Shown here one piece after another: positions 50,777 to 63,423 of a stretch of DNA of 64,000 bases. The notes beneath the pieces were generated by a model. That model saw only the letters and a program-made list of their open reading frames with translations. It did no database searches and was not told where the DNA came from. The stretch's first letter is position 1. Every line of letters starts with the position of its first letter. Made by a program: the position numbers and the translations under genes. This DNA is from Octopus vulgaris (lineage: Eukaryota), in contig OX597822.1 of the NCBI GenBank assembly GCA_951406725.2, positions 36,456,001 to 36,520,000 of the forward strand, read 5' to 3'.

Positions 50777-53700
50777 TAGGTTGACATGCAAATCCCTAAA
50801 CGCCGACTTTTTGAGACCACCATCAGGCAACTACCTCAAATTCTCACGTATTATTTAGAAATATAATAAAAGTCATCCATCAAACTTGATAAGCGTAAAA
50901 GTTGCACATTTTATAGAAAATTGAGAAAATGTGTGAAAAACAATTAACTTTCTAGAATAATCGTAAACCAACCAGCATGGTCATTTAATTTGCATTTTGG
51001 AAGATGATTCTTATGTCAACCAATCATATGCCTCATTGTATTCACCACACACAGCACAAGAAGGTGGCACACATGTTATGTTTGTTGTCTTCTGATGCAG
51101 ATGATTCTGAGGGGAAATCTTCAGGATTTTGTTATAAGCATGTGATTAAGACTCACAGAAGAGTTCTCCCATTTTCAGAGGAAAGTTTCAACAAGTTCAA
51201 AGAGTGTGCTACATTGTGGAAAGAATTTAAAAATCATCCAGAAAGTGTCATCGCAGAAAAAGTAGAATGGCTTGTTGAATTTGACGATGTATGCAAAAGA
51301 AATGTGGAACTGGAAGGTTCTTCGTCAAGATGTGGCAAGAACACCCAACCTTGCTTCTTGATGTCAAAGTTGTCATGGCTCATGATGAAGAATGTCATTT
51401 GCTGCAGAATGTAGATGGCACGGTCAAGATACAAGCTGTGAAGGAACTTGAATGCAACCATGAAGAAGCAGACACCAGGCTGTTCTTGCATTGTCAATAT
51501 GCTGCTGCATTTCTACCTTTGGCTTCAAGTAGTACACCAACAACCATTATAAAGAGCACAGACAATGATGTTTTCGTTATTGGTATAGCAAAGGCTCATC
51601 AAATCCAGGCCCAGCTACTCTTTCACACTGGTAGAGGCAACAACAAGCATACACTTTGTCAAACAGCTATATGAAATCATCTCAGAGACAGTGTTGCAGA
51701 TGCCCTCATCAGCCTTCACTGTTTTACAGGCTGTGACTCAACAAGCTGTTTCTATGGCCAGTCTAAGAAGAAAGCCATGAAGCTCATAACTGAATCTGTT
51801 GATTTTCAAGTAGCCTTTTAACAATTTGGTGCAACATTCTCTGTAGAAGATGGTCTGGTACATACAGCATGGTATAACAATTTCTTGATGGGGACTAAAG
51901 CAGAGATGAACATGCCTCCCACACATGATGCCATGGTGAAACATCTGAAGAGGGCAAACTACCAAGCAGGAGTACATACCAGATGTCTTGAACAGTTTCT
52001 CAGTATCCCCAGCCCACACAACCATGGATGGAAAGTAACAGATACCACTAAAGAGGTAGTGTGGGGTGACCTTCCACCTGCACCAAGTGCTCTGCTTGAG
52101 CTTACTTAATGCAGTTGCAAGAAGAATAGCTGAGTAATCCAAAGGTGAAAGAAAGGATTGGTGCTCATGTTGACAGCACAAGGTAACCTGCACAGATCTG
52201 TGTAGATGTATTAATTGCCAAAATTTATCTCAAGCAGGAACTGATGTGGAAAGTGATGAAGATGATACAGACAGTGAGGAAGAAGACTAGAGGTGTGAGA
52301 GCTCACCTCAAATGCGAATGTTCACTTGGATTATCTGTAAATTTCAATTTCATTTGTTTTCGCATTCATGCATCAATTCCAACTGTAACTCATTACAAGT
52401 ATAGTTTGTCCCTTCTCCAGTGAGTACAAAAGTGGTAGTGAATTCACATATTTAAACCCACAATATATTTTTTTTTACAGACATTTACCTCTATAGTAAA
52501 GTTTTCATCCTGCAGTAACTGAAAATGTATATGATCTTAGACACAATTAGCTTTGAAATGATGGCCAGATGTAAGTATGAAGTGCATTCAACATGTTGTA
52601 CATGGACTATGCAACCTGGTCATATAACAAACTGTTTTGGGACCTTTGAATTTATTTGAATCAATTTATGCAATCATTAATAAGCTACCAACATAAAGTA
52701 TTATTAATGAAGACAAGCTGAAAATGGATATCAATAACTCTTTTATGTCACATATGCCAAACATCGAAGTTACTTATAGTAAAGCAGATTGGTACCAATA
52801 TTACATGTGTGGATACTTTCATCATTTCTCAAAATTTTGTTTGGAATGAAGAGATGTGGAGTGAGAGAGAGGGGGTGTCTGTGTGCATGTATGTGTATGT
52901 GCGTGTGTATGCATGCATTCAAGAAATTGAGAGAGAGCATGAGAGATAGAGGTATGGGTATGAGAGAAGAGGCTGAGGGCAGAAGAAAAAAGTGTAAGGG
53001 ATGAGGGAGACGAGAGAAAAATGATGAGTTTCTTTGGTCTTGTTAATATTACAAGTATTATTGTCATTATTATCATCATCATCATCTTTATTATTTTTAA
53101 AGATTACTAAATGTATTTCTTAACATTTGACATGCTTCAGAGGTCAGACAAAATTTACCCTTCATAACCCACTTCCCATTTAATTTAAATGGTTTGCAAA
53201 TGGGTCTCAGTAAATGAAAATATTTCAAGTAAAAACCAAGAAAAAGACCCTCTAATAATATGTAAATTTAAATTCAAAATCCGAACGTGGCCGTAGCCAG
53301 TACCGCATAGACTGGCCTCCGTGCTTTGGGGACGTAACAAACACCATCCGATCGTGGCCGTCCGCCAGCCTCATCTGGCACCTGTGTCGGTGGCACATAA
53401 AAACACCATCTGAGCGTGGCCGTCTGCCAGCCTCGTCTGGCACCTGTGTCGGTGGCACATAAAAACACCATCCGAGCGTGGCCGTTCGCCAGCCTCGTCT
53501 GGCACCTGTGTCGGTGGCACATAAAATCACTCACTACACTCTCGGAGTGGTTGGCGTTAGGAAGGGCATCCAGCTGTAGAAACACTGCCAGATCTGACTG
53601 GCCTGGTGCAGCCTTCGGGCTCCCCAGACCCCAGTTGAACCGTCCAACCCATGCTAGCATGGAAAACGGACGCTAAATGATGATGATGATGATGATGATG

Positions 53701-53992
53701 AAAATCTTATTTATTCTAAAATCAGATTTGTTTCAACATTCTGTACATCACAATCTTTCCTTCATAACAAAAAAGTAGTCTAATTACACAAGCCATTGGC
53801 CTAGTTTCCCAAGAGAGCAACAGACATAATTATAAAATATTAAAAGTATGATAACTCATTAATGCGCACTTTTCACACTTGATGAGTTTGCGTGGTTGTT
53901 ATTCATTCTCTCCCGTTGCGCAAAATTTCATGTAGTTGCTACATGGTGGTCACCAAAAAAAAAAATCTAGAGCAAGTTTAGATGTCTGCCTA
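50777..53992 (+). mobile_element. AcademX DNA transposon, internally deleted
   Basis: TAG...CTA termini, ACA 3-bp TSD, about 150-bp imperfect TIRs; XPG-like motifs HEEADTR, STDNDV, FTGCD and PPT..HLKRANYQ; Cys-rich C-terminus CSCKK..CTDLCRCINC. Confidence 0.85.
53281..53700 (+). mobile_element. Young RTE-type 3' tail with 62-bp tandem units, inserted in the Academ element
   Basis: ACACCATC at 53341, 53403 and 53465; CpG-rich; (GAT)n tail; possible AAAAT(C) TSD. Confidence 0.88.
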
Positions 53993-54950
53993 ACAATAAT
54001 GTGTTCTGGAAATATGTGCATTCAAAGCAGAGACCTCACTCTCCAGTTGGTCCCCTTCGCAGTCCCCACACAAGCCAGATTACTGATGACCTTAAAGAAT
54101 GTGCAGAACTCATTGCTGAATGCTATGCAGGCGTTTTTACCATTGAAAACCAAAATGTACCATCTCCGCCACCTCTGACATCAAATTCTATAATAGCTAT
54201 GGAATTTACGCCTGCAATGCGACGTCACCATAAGAATAATCTCAACTATACCTCTCTTAGTCTTGATGGTGTTATGTACATGCTTCGCAAAAGATGTGGG
54301 TACTTTCTTCTGCAGTAGGTTTCACTCTTCTTTCAATTCTGTCTTAACAACGGTGCTACTCCAGAGCAGTGGAAAACTGTCAGTGTCATTGCTTGTTCAA
54401 AAAGGATGACCACACATTGCCTGTCAACTATAGTCAGTCTTACTAGCTGCATTGGCAAACTGATGGAATCCAGTGTCAAAGAAATCTCTGGAACTTCTGG
54501 AATTCTCACAGCCTTCTCTGGCCCTCACAATTTGGATTTATCCCTAACTCCAGCTGCTGCGATCAACTTATCAGGTTTCTTGAAGACATCACCCAGGTCA
54601 CTGATGGTGGCTCATGGGTGGATGTTGTTTACCCTGACTTTGCTAAAGCTTTTAATTCTGAGCCACACAAAAGACTTATGACAAAACACTCTGTAATGGG
54701 TGTGAAAGATTATGTTTTTAACTGGTCAGAGTCCTTCATTCTCAGCTGAAAAGAGGTAGTCACAGTTCTAAGACAGCATCCTTCATCGTATGTCATCTGG
54801 TATGCCACAGGGATCTGTTCTTGGTTTCCCTTTTGTTTGTTGCATACATTAATGACATAGATGCCAACTTAAAGAATGCCACAGTGCTGAAATATGCAGA
54901 AGACATCAAGCTATACCTTGAGATAAAAAGAACAGATCCTGAACACTATA

Positions 54951-56187
54951 CAGAGTGTGTAAGGTATTTGAGGACATACCATTTTTGGGTCATTGCTGCA
55001 TTTTTTGTTAACTCTATATAATCTTTGTTTCAGAAAATAATGATGGCAGACCCTCAGCTTATTCAAGAAATGAAGGGGCATTCTGTTATTGTGGTTATAA
55101 AGGTTGAGCATAGTGATTTAGAAATATCTCATTTTTAAAAGTTGTCAGATTTTTGTCTACAAAGTTTGTAAGGAGCTAGAGACTGAAGATGGAAATGTAT
55201 CACCAGTTTCAAAGCATAAAAAGCATTCTGAATTCCTCTGAAATCATCAGAACACCTGAATTTATCCAACAAGTTCAACAGAGCATTGATTACAATCCTA
55301 GAAAGTCCATGAGGTCAATTGCAAAAGATCTTCATGCGTCAGAAGGAACAGTCAGAAATGTTGTCCACGAAGACATCAGGAAATGACAAGGAAAGGTCAA
55401 TTTATCGGAAAAAGCAAAAGAAAATCACTACATCAGATCTAAAATGCTCTAAAACAAACTGAAAAATCCAGCAGAAGAAGATTTGATTTGGTTTTTCTCA
55501 AATGAGAAAAACTAAGATCCAAGATCAAAAAGTTAATAGAAGAAATGACAGATGGTTATGTGCAGACCCTTCTGAAGTTCCAAGTGTTATGCATACAAAA
55601 TTTCCTGCAACTGTCATGGTTTTAGGGGTTATCAGCCATGAAGGACATGTGGTGCCTCCTTACTTCTTTTGACAAAGCTTTAGAGTTAACTCTGCCGCCT
55701 ACATTGAGATCTTGGAAATAATTGTTAAGCCCTGGATAGACAGTGTATGCAATGGAAGGCTATGTGTGTTTCAGTAAGACTTTGTACTATCACACATGGC
55801 TCTAGTAACACAGGAATGGATGGTTGAAAATTTTCATGATCACATAACTCTTAACATTTAGCCTCCTAATTCCCCAGATCTCAATCCATTGGAGTGTTGT
55901 TGAGAGAAATATCAATGAACATTCCCATAACATTCTTTGAAAGCTGCCATAGACAGAGTAATGTCCAAAAAGAACCAAGTCCACTTGATTTGAGCATGTA
56001 GATGATTTAGAACTCATATAGAAGCAGTTACTGAAGCTGAAGGTGGCTTTATTGGATAACATTATTGAAAAGAAGGTTTATTTTTATTCGCATAGCATTT
56101 TTTGAGAAATAAAGTTATTATCTGTTATTATATATCTGTTTTCTTTTTATAAACATAAATCTGTCCCCAAATATTTTATGCACTCTG
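54951..56187 (+). mobile_element. Tc1/mariner transposon (maT/DD37D-like), decayed
   Basis: 26-bp imperfect TIRs CAGAGTGTGTAAGGTATTTGAGGACA / TGTCCCCAAATATTTTATGCACTCTG; 5' TA; motifs NPRKSMRSIAK, WFFSNEK, KFPATVMVLG, PPNSPDLNPL. Confidence 0.87.
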
Positions 56188-58157
56188 CAGTCGAACCTGG
56201 ACACAATACAGCAATGGATTACAGACTGGCAATTCAAGCTGGCTGTGGACAAGTATATCACCATGCATTTCGGGAGGAATAAACCAGCATCCACATACTC
56301 CCTCCACAACACTAATATCAAGAAGTCTTCTTGTGAACATGAGGTGGGCATTATTGTCAGCAGTGATTTGTGCTGGACAAAGCACATTTCTAAAATTGTC
56401 AAGAAGGCCGAGGGTGTCTTGGCATCACTCAGCAACACCTTTGTCAGTTGCTCTCCAGCTATTTATTTAAAGCTGCATATGGCTATGGTGCAGCCACACT
56501 TGGAATTTGCATCACCAGTCTGGAATCCCCATTCTTGCTCAGAACATTGACCTCCTGGAAACTGTTCAAAGACATAAAACCAAGCGAATACTCTCCATCG
56601 GGCATCTACCATACTCTGAACACCTAAACATGGATACACTGAAGCTCCAACATCTGGTAACCAACTTGGTAAACACCCACAAAATTATTAGCTATCATGC
56701 CAACAACAACCTTGAGCACCTTTATGAATTCCATGTGTCTAACACATGTGGGCATGCCTACAAAGTCAGAAAATAACACAGCTCCCATGGCTTTCAGAAA
56801 CATTTTTTCACACTCAGAATTGCTGAAGCATGGAACAAACTACCTGCAATAGTTGTTAGCTGCTGAGACATTGCATCCTTTAAAACCTCAATGCTTCCTG
56901 AAATTCACCAACACTACACCTGATATTCCCCCCACTCCAAATGCATGCACACATGTATATCATGAATCATACACTGTTCACTTTCCTGATATTTGTGCAT
57001 AATTCTATGTACTTCAGATGCACCTTTGATAAGTTGTAGTGCACTTGAGCACTACACACAATAATTTTATTATTATTATTATATCATATATAGACTGTGT
57101 GAAAGAAAAGATAAGAGGAAAAACAAATTTTGAGATTTGTCCACTTAGTGCTAACATATATTCAATTTCATAAAGCTGGTAATGTCCTTCACACAATAGC
57201 AGATTATGCAAATATATTAAGTCTTAAAGTCCTATCCACAAGTAACTATTGTTGCCATGTCCCAAACTGTATGTAATAGCAATTCAAATAGTGTTGAAAA
57301 GGAAATGAAAAACAGTATCTAAGCACTCTTCTGTGTGAGAATCAAAGTTTAACCTCGGTTTGCAATGTCTGTGCTTATGCTTTTGCATTTTATTGAATGA
57401 ATTTCTCTGGACTTTCATTCCTTTGATTTTCAAGCTTAATCGTGGTTAATACATCAAGCAGTATGTTTGAATCCAGTGATACTATTCATTAATGATATAT
57501 TTATCGTTATTCATTTATTCATGATTTAATTAGAGAAAGACAGCTTGGATTTCTAAAAACAATAATTAGGGTGATATTTCAGTGTCAGTTAAGTTATTAG
57601 GATTTATAGATTTTGAGTAGGAAAGGAATAATCATATAGCCAATATTGCATTGATGCTTTCATAAATGAACGATACAGATTTAAAAACAAAACAAAAATT
57701 TACTTTTAAATGTAGCATCTTGTCATACTAATGAGATTATGATAATGTAATTATTGTAAATAACACTAAATTATAGAGCCTTACAAAACATTTGAATGGA
57801 GGAAATGAAGATATATTTTGGAATGCTTTATCTAATGAGAGTTGTGCAGCGTCCAAGTTACAGAGATTATCTCAAACACAAATTTAGTTCTGAGACAAGA
57901 AATCAATCCAGGTATCAATTAACCAGTTTTCAACCAGCTTGGGGCAGGTGAAAGTGATATGGCAAGAGGTAAAAATCAGCAACAATAGCTGAAAACCACA
58001 TTTGCAGTGTACACCAATGATCATAATATTATAAGCAAACTTCATCCAAAATCATACAACAGTTATTTATTACAAATTTTTTTTATACTGAACTGCATTT
58101 CCTCAAAACGTCTAGTTTCTAGCAGGATGAGGAGGTTTACATATACATAAATATAGA

Positions 58158-58569
58158 TCGTTGCCAGAGCAGCAAACTGGCTTCCATGCCGGTGGAACGT
58201 AAAAAGCACCATTCAAGCGTGATTGTTACCAGCATTGCCTTACTGGTACTTGTGCCAGTGGCACATGAAAAAATATTCAAGCGAGGTCTTTGCCAGTGCC
58301 GCTGGACTGGCTCCTGTGCAGGTGGCACATAAAAAACATCATTTGAGTGTGGCCGTTGCCAATACCGCCTAACTGGCCCTCATGCCGGTGGCACGTAAAA
58401 GCACCCACTACACTCTCGGAGTGGTTGGCTTTAGGAAGGGCATCCAGCTGTAGAAACTCTGCCAGATCAGATTGGAGCCTGGTGCAGCTATCTGGTTTGC
58501 CAGTCTTCAGTCAAATTGTCCAAACCATACTAGCATGGAAAGTGGACATTAAACAATGATGATGATGAT
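58158..58569 (+). mobile_element. RTE-type 3' tail with 4 tandem units
   Basis: GGTGGCACGTAAAAGCACC-type units, shared tail and (GAT)n. Confidence 0.85.
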
Positions 58570-58829
58570 AGATATTTATAACAGGATTTTAAGAGTTAAG
58601 GCCAGAAACAGAAATTAGGTAGCATTTAATTGTCTAAAAGGGAATTAAATTAAATTAGAAACAACTTATAATACATAACCTGACATGACAATTTTTGAGA
58701 AAATAATATTCTAGCTCAAGAATAAACTAACAAATGAAAAGCTATAATTTTTAATACTTTTTTTTCTTCATTCTATATCAATTTTTCCCTGCAAGCATAG
58801 GTTAGACAAATACATATTATTGAAGTAGT

Positions 58830-59197
58830 CATGGCTGATGCCAGTGTTACATAACTGGCACTTGTGCTGGAGGCACGTAAAAAGTACCCTTTGAACTTTG
58901 GGCCTCACAGAGGCAGTGACAAGTGACCGAGACATTTAGCAATATACCGTGCTTGAGAAGACCTGTCAAGTTAAGTGAGATCACAGTCGTGACCAATGCT
59001 GGTGTTTCGTAACTGGCAGCCATGCTGGTGGCACATAAAAAGCACTCATTAGACTGTTGGATTGGTTGGCATTAGGAAGGACATCCAGAAACCATGCCAA
59101 ATCAGATTAAAACCTGGTGCAGCTCCCCAGCTTACCAGTTTTCAGTCAAACTGTCCAACCCATACCAGTCTGGAAAACAGGCATTAAATGATGATGA
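58830..59197 (+). mobile_element. RTE-type 3' tail variant
   Basis: Two pseudoknot-type units and the shared tail. Confidence 0.75.
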
Positions 59198-62100
59198 AGT
59201 ATTGTTTATTTTTTTAGAATGAGAGGATTGGATATGGTTGTTTAGACACTGACAATTTCATATGGCTGACAAGACATGCAACATGTTTTGGTGATAGTAC
59301 ATTTTGCCACTGGAGACAAACACACACACACACAGATACATACAGAAATATACACATACAAATAAAGACAGAGGGTGAGAGGGGCATTATAACTTGTTAT
59401 TTGAATATGATTGACATAAATACTTTCCTTCTCCACATAAAGAGAAAAAGTGTCACAAAGAAAGAAAGAGAGACAAGAGAAACATTAAAATGTCAATAAG
59501 TCAAAATCAAATCAGTGATGTCAAATAGGTAGTGTCAAATGACTGCCAAGGCATCTCATAGCCTTGTTTTCTTGCAGCTAGATGCTCTTTCCATTCACTA
59601 ACTCTTATCTATTTTCAAGTAAGATATTTTTCAACCACTCATCTTCAAAAGCACAGATCCAGTAAATGGTTTGTTGACAATTCCTTGTCAACAAACAATA
59701 CAGTGTGCAGATCAATATTTTTCTAAGTAAAATACAGAAAGAAGACACTCACTCATTCACCACACACAACAGGTTTCTGTACATCATCATCATGATTTAC
59801 TCACAAGACATTGGTCAACCTGGGGTTATTGTAGAAGATACTAGTCCAAAGTGCAGTGTAGTGAGACTAAATACAAAACCTAATGGTTGAGAAGCAAACT
59901 TCTTAACCACTCTGCCATAGCAGCACCTAATGCATAATAAACAAAGCTCAACATTAAACTTTGGTAACATCTGTAATATAAGCTACCCGCTTATATATTT
60001 CCCAATGACTGCAGCAAAATACACACCACTTTCATAAGGTGACACGATAACTGTAGTTTAAACATTTTGCATTCAGATTACTGTCAAATGTAATGCCTGT
60101 TTATTGACATTGTTTTGAATTAATTGTGCATTATCTCATAGTTTTGAGGTTTTGATGAGATAACAGTTAATTTTTAGAATGATATTGCAGGGTGGGTGTG
60201 AGTGTTCTGATCTGGCCAGTTTGAACATATTTATACAAGTGTGCGTGTGTGTGTATATATATATGTACACACACACATATACAAACATGTATACATATAC
60301 ACACACACATATAAATATATAAACACACACACATATATATACACACACATGCATGCATGCATACATACATGATGGGTTTCCTCACAGTTTCCATCTGCCA
60401 AATTTCAGAATGCAGCCTAAGTATCAGCCAGTCTGATGCTGTCATAAAACATACTTGCCTAAACCACTGTGCAGTCGGACTGAACCCTAAATCATATGAC
60501 TATGTCAGTGCTGTGTAAATTTACATTTTAAAATATCGACAACAATGGACAGCAATTGCTCAATAACATTTTTATTTTGTAACAACACCTGATATTGATC
60601 TTGTGATTTTATGAAAAAATATTGTCCAATCTAATGCATTGATATTGTTATACTGCCAACAAAACAATAATTTGAAGGTCAAAAGTGAAAAAAATAAGGT
60701 TAGATAGTGCTTATGCTTGTTGGTTTCAATGGATGCAGATCATTTAATGTATAACACATCATCACCATCAGTTTAACATCTACCTTCCATGCTGGCATGG
60801 GTTGGACAGTTTGACAGAGAAGACTGCACCAGACTTCTGTGTCTGTTTTGACATGATTTTTATGATTGGATGCCCTTCCTAACACCAGTAGATGAATTCC
60901 TTATTTTGTAAATGGAAAATATATGCAGTTTTGTTTGAGGTGAAAAATTATTCAAAATGATGATAGAATAAAATCATGGAACCTTAATAGTGTTCATTCT
61001 TCAGGCATAATGCAATTAAAGTCATTGCAGTCATCTACATAGCATTTCTTATAACATCTTATAATGTACCTTATGAATGTGCTGTATTGATAGGCTAGTT
61101 AACTGCAGTATTTGTCCTGAGATAACACCTCTTATACAACACAATGTGTTAAAAGCACAATAAATATTGAAGGGAAATGAAAATTTGTCTCTGCAGCAGC
61201 TAGCAAAAACACCAGATGCATTTTGGCTTTTTCAATGACATGTACTCACAGCCAGTCACATGTTCAGATGAGAATTCATCTCCTCGGACATTGGAAACTG
61301 TGAATGGAATATTCACTGATGTTGCAGATAGCTGCCTGGCTGAATAAAAATCCAATATATGCAAGTGAGACAGTATGAAACTAAAATAGCCAACTATGAA
61401 TCATAATGTATATACACTGTTGATAGGATAGTTACTGGGGTATTCTGAGATAACATCTGTTATGTATGTGTAATGTTAAAAACACAATAAATATTGGAGA
61501 AAAACAAAAATATGTCCCAGCAGTGTCTAGCAAGAACATCAGAGTCATTATTCTTCTGTATATAAGTGGCAAATTGGTAGAGTCGTGATACTTGTTCCAA
61601 CTCCAGCCACTATGAGTTCAAATTCTGCTGAGGTCAGCTTTGCTGTTTATCTCTTTTGGAATTGATAAAAGAAAAAGACAAGCACCAACCCCCAGGCAGT
61701 GGATTAATGGAACTGTAATAAAATCAGACTTGATGTCTTGCAGTATTTGTTCTGGTTCTTTGTGCTGAGTTCAAAGCCTGCCAAGTCTTACTTGAGTGGT
61801 AGACTTAGTCCTTCACCCAATTTAATACCAACTCCTGATACCCAGGATGCATTTAGCAAACTCCACTCTCTTACAAGCATTCAAGTCAAGCCTCCAGTTT
61901 GAGTATAACTACTGCCTTCCCTCCCATCTCTAAAGGATCATGATCCTGCCTTCACTAATGACTAAAAGATTAAAGCAAACAAAAGAAAATATTGATAATT
62001 GACAAGTCGCACTCAGCACTAAAAAGTTAAGAAGTAAATAACAGTATTCTACCACAGATTATTCCATGACAAAACATAATTTATATGTAATAAACTTGGG

Positions 62101-62225
62101 TAACAGATAGGATTAGAACATTGATTAAACAAACCAAACCATAAGGCTAAATCATTGCTTTAGGGGAAGAAATTTACCGATAACAATAAATTTTCAAATA
62201 AATAATGTACATTTAAAATTACTAT

Positions 62226-62259
<34 letters not shown>

Positions 62260-62650
62260 GGCCTTACGGAGGCGAGGTGGCTGAGTTCCTTTTGAGCTTT
62301 GAGCCTCATGAAGGCAAAGTGGCCGAATTCCTTTCAAGTGTTTGGCCTCATGGAGGCAATGACCAAGGCCTTTGGTATTATGTCGTGCTTGAGAAAAAGA
62401 CCCATCAAGTTGAGAAAATTCACAGTTGTGGCATATACTGGTGTCATGTAGATGGTACTCATGCCAGTGGCATGTAAAAGCACCCATTACACTCTCAGAG
62501 TGGTTGGCATCAGAAAGGGCATCCACCTGTAGAAAACATGCCAAATCCGATTGGAGCCTGGCACAGCCTTCCAATATGCCAGCCCAGTCAAACCGTCCAA
62601 CCCATGCCAGCATGGACACAGGACGTTAAATGATGATGACGATGGTGATA
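62260..62650 (+). mobile_element. RTE-type 3' tail
   Basis: Shared tail, preceded by three short GCCT(T/C)A(C/T)GGAGGC-type repeats. Confidence 0.78.
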
Positions 62651-62799
62651 CATACATTTAAGATACTGGTTTCAAATTTTAGCACAAGGCAAGAAAGTTC
62701 AGAGGATGGGGTAAGATAAAACTTTGAAGTCACAGTCAACTTGGCCTTGTAAAAACTGATATATATATATATAATTTTTACAAAGAAAAGTTATATAGC

Positions 62800-63423
62800 A
62801 GCTAGAATAAGAAGAGCCTGGGCAAAGTTCAGGGAGCTTCTACTTCTGCTGGCAACTAAGGGCCTCTCGCTCAGGATGAAAGGTAGACTGTATGATGCAT
62901 GTGTGCGAACTGCCATGCTACACAGCAATGAAACATGAGCCTTGACTGCTGAGGACATGCGTAAGCTTGAAAGAAATGAAGTTAGTGTGATCCACTGAAT
63001 GTGTAATGTCAGTGTGCATACACGACAGTGTAAGTGCCCTGAGAGAAAAGTTGGGCATAAGAAGCATCAAATGTGGTGTGCAAGAGAGATGACTGCACTG
63101 GTATGGTCATGTGTTATGTATGGACAAGGACAGCTGCATGAGGAAGTGTCACTCCCTAACTGTGGAAGGAAATTGTGGAAGAGGTAGGCGCAGGAAGACA
63201 TGGGATGAGGTGGTGAAGCATGACCTTCGAACATTGGGTCTCACAGAGATGATGACAGGAGACTGAGACCTTTGAGAAGACCTGGCAACTAAAGTGAGGT
63301 CGCAGTCACGCATGTCCGGCTCAGTTAAGAGTACCCCTGGTGCAGCTGCTGGCTCTCCAGACCTCAGTCAAACCGTCCAACCCATGCCAGCATGGAAAAT
63401 GAACGTTAAATGATGATGATGAT
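62800..63423 (+). mobile_element. RTE-clade LINE 3' end (ORF2 C-terminus plus tail)
   Basis: RIRRAWAKFRELL..KGLSLRMKGRLYDACVRTAMLH..GRGRRRKTWDEVVKHDL, then CCAACCCATGCCAGCATGGAAAATGAACGTTAAA(TGA)n. Confidence 0.9.

Larger units (their letters stand above)
49270..57081 (+). mobile_element. Near full-length decayed CR1-type LINE, interrupted twice
   Basis: ORF1-like 49300-50141; APE endonuclease (LNARSL, ETW, GGGVMIY) 50153-50530; FWKY motif; RT (DFAKAF, PQGSVLG, KYAEDIKLY) 54000-54950; PHLEFASPVWNP 56490; (ATT)n tail at 57067-57081. Confidence 0.88.

Noticed and set aside
60136-60445. Many 60-140 aa ORFs in the ORF track rich in CV/YI/HT/poly-I/poly-M
   Set aside because: They are translations of microsatellites, SINEs, or the antisense of real exons; there is no independent coding signal.
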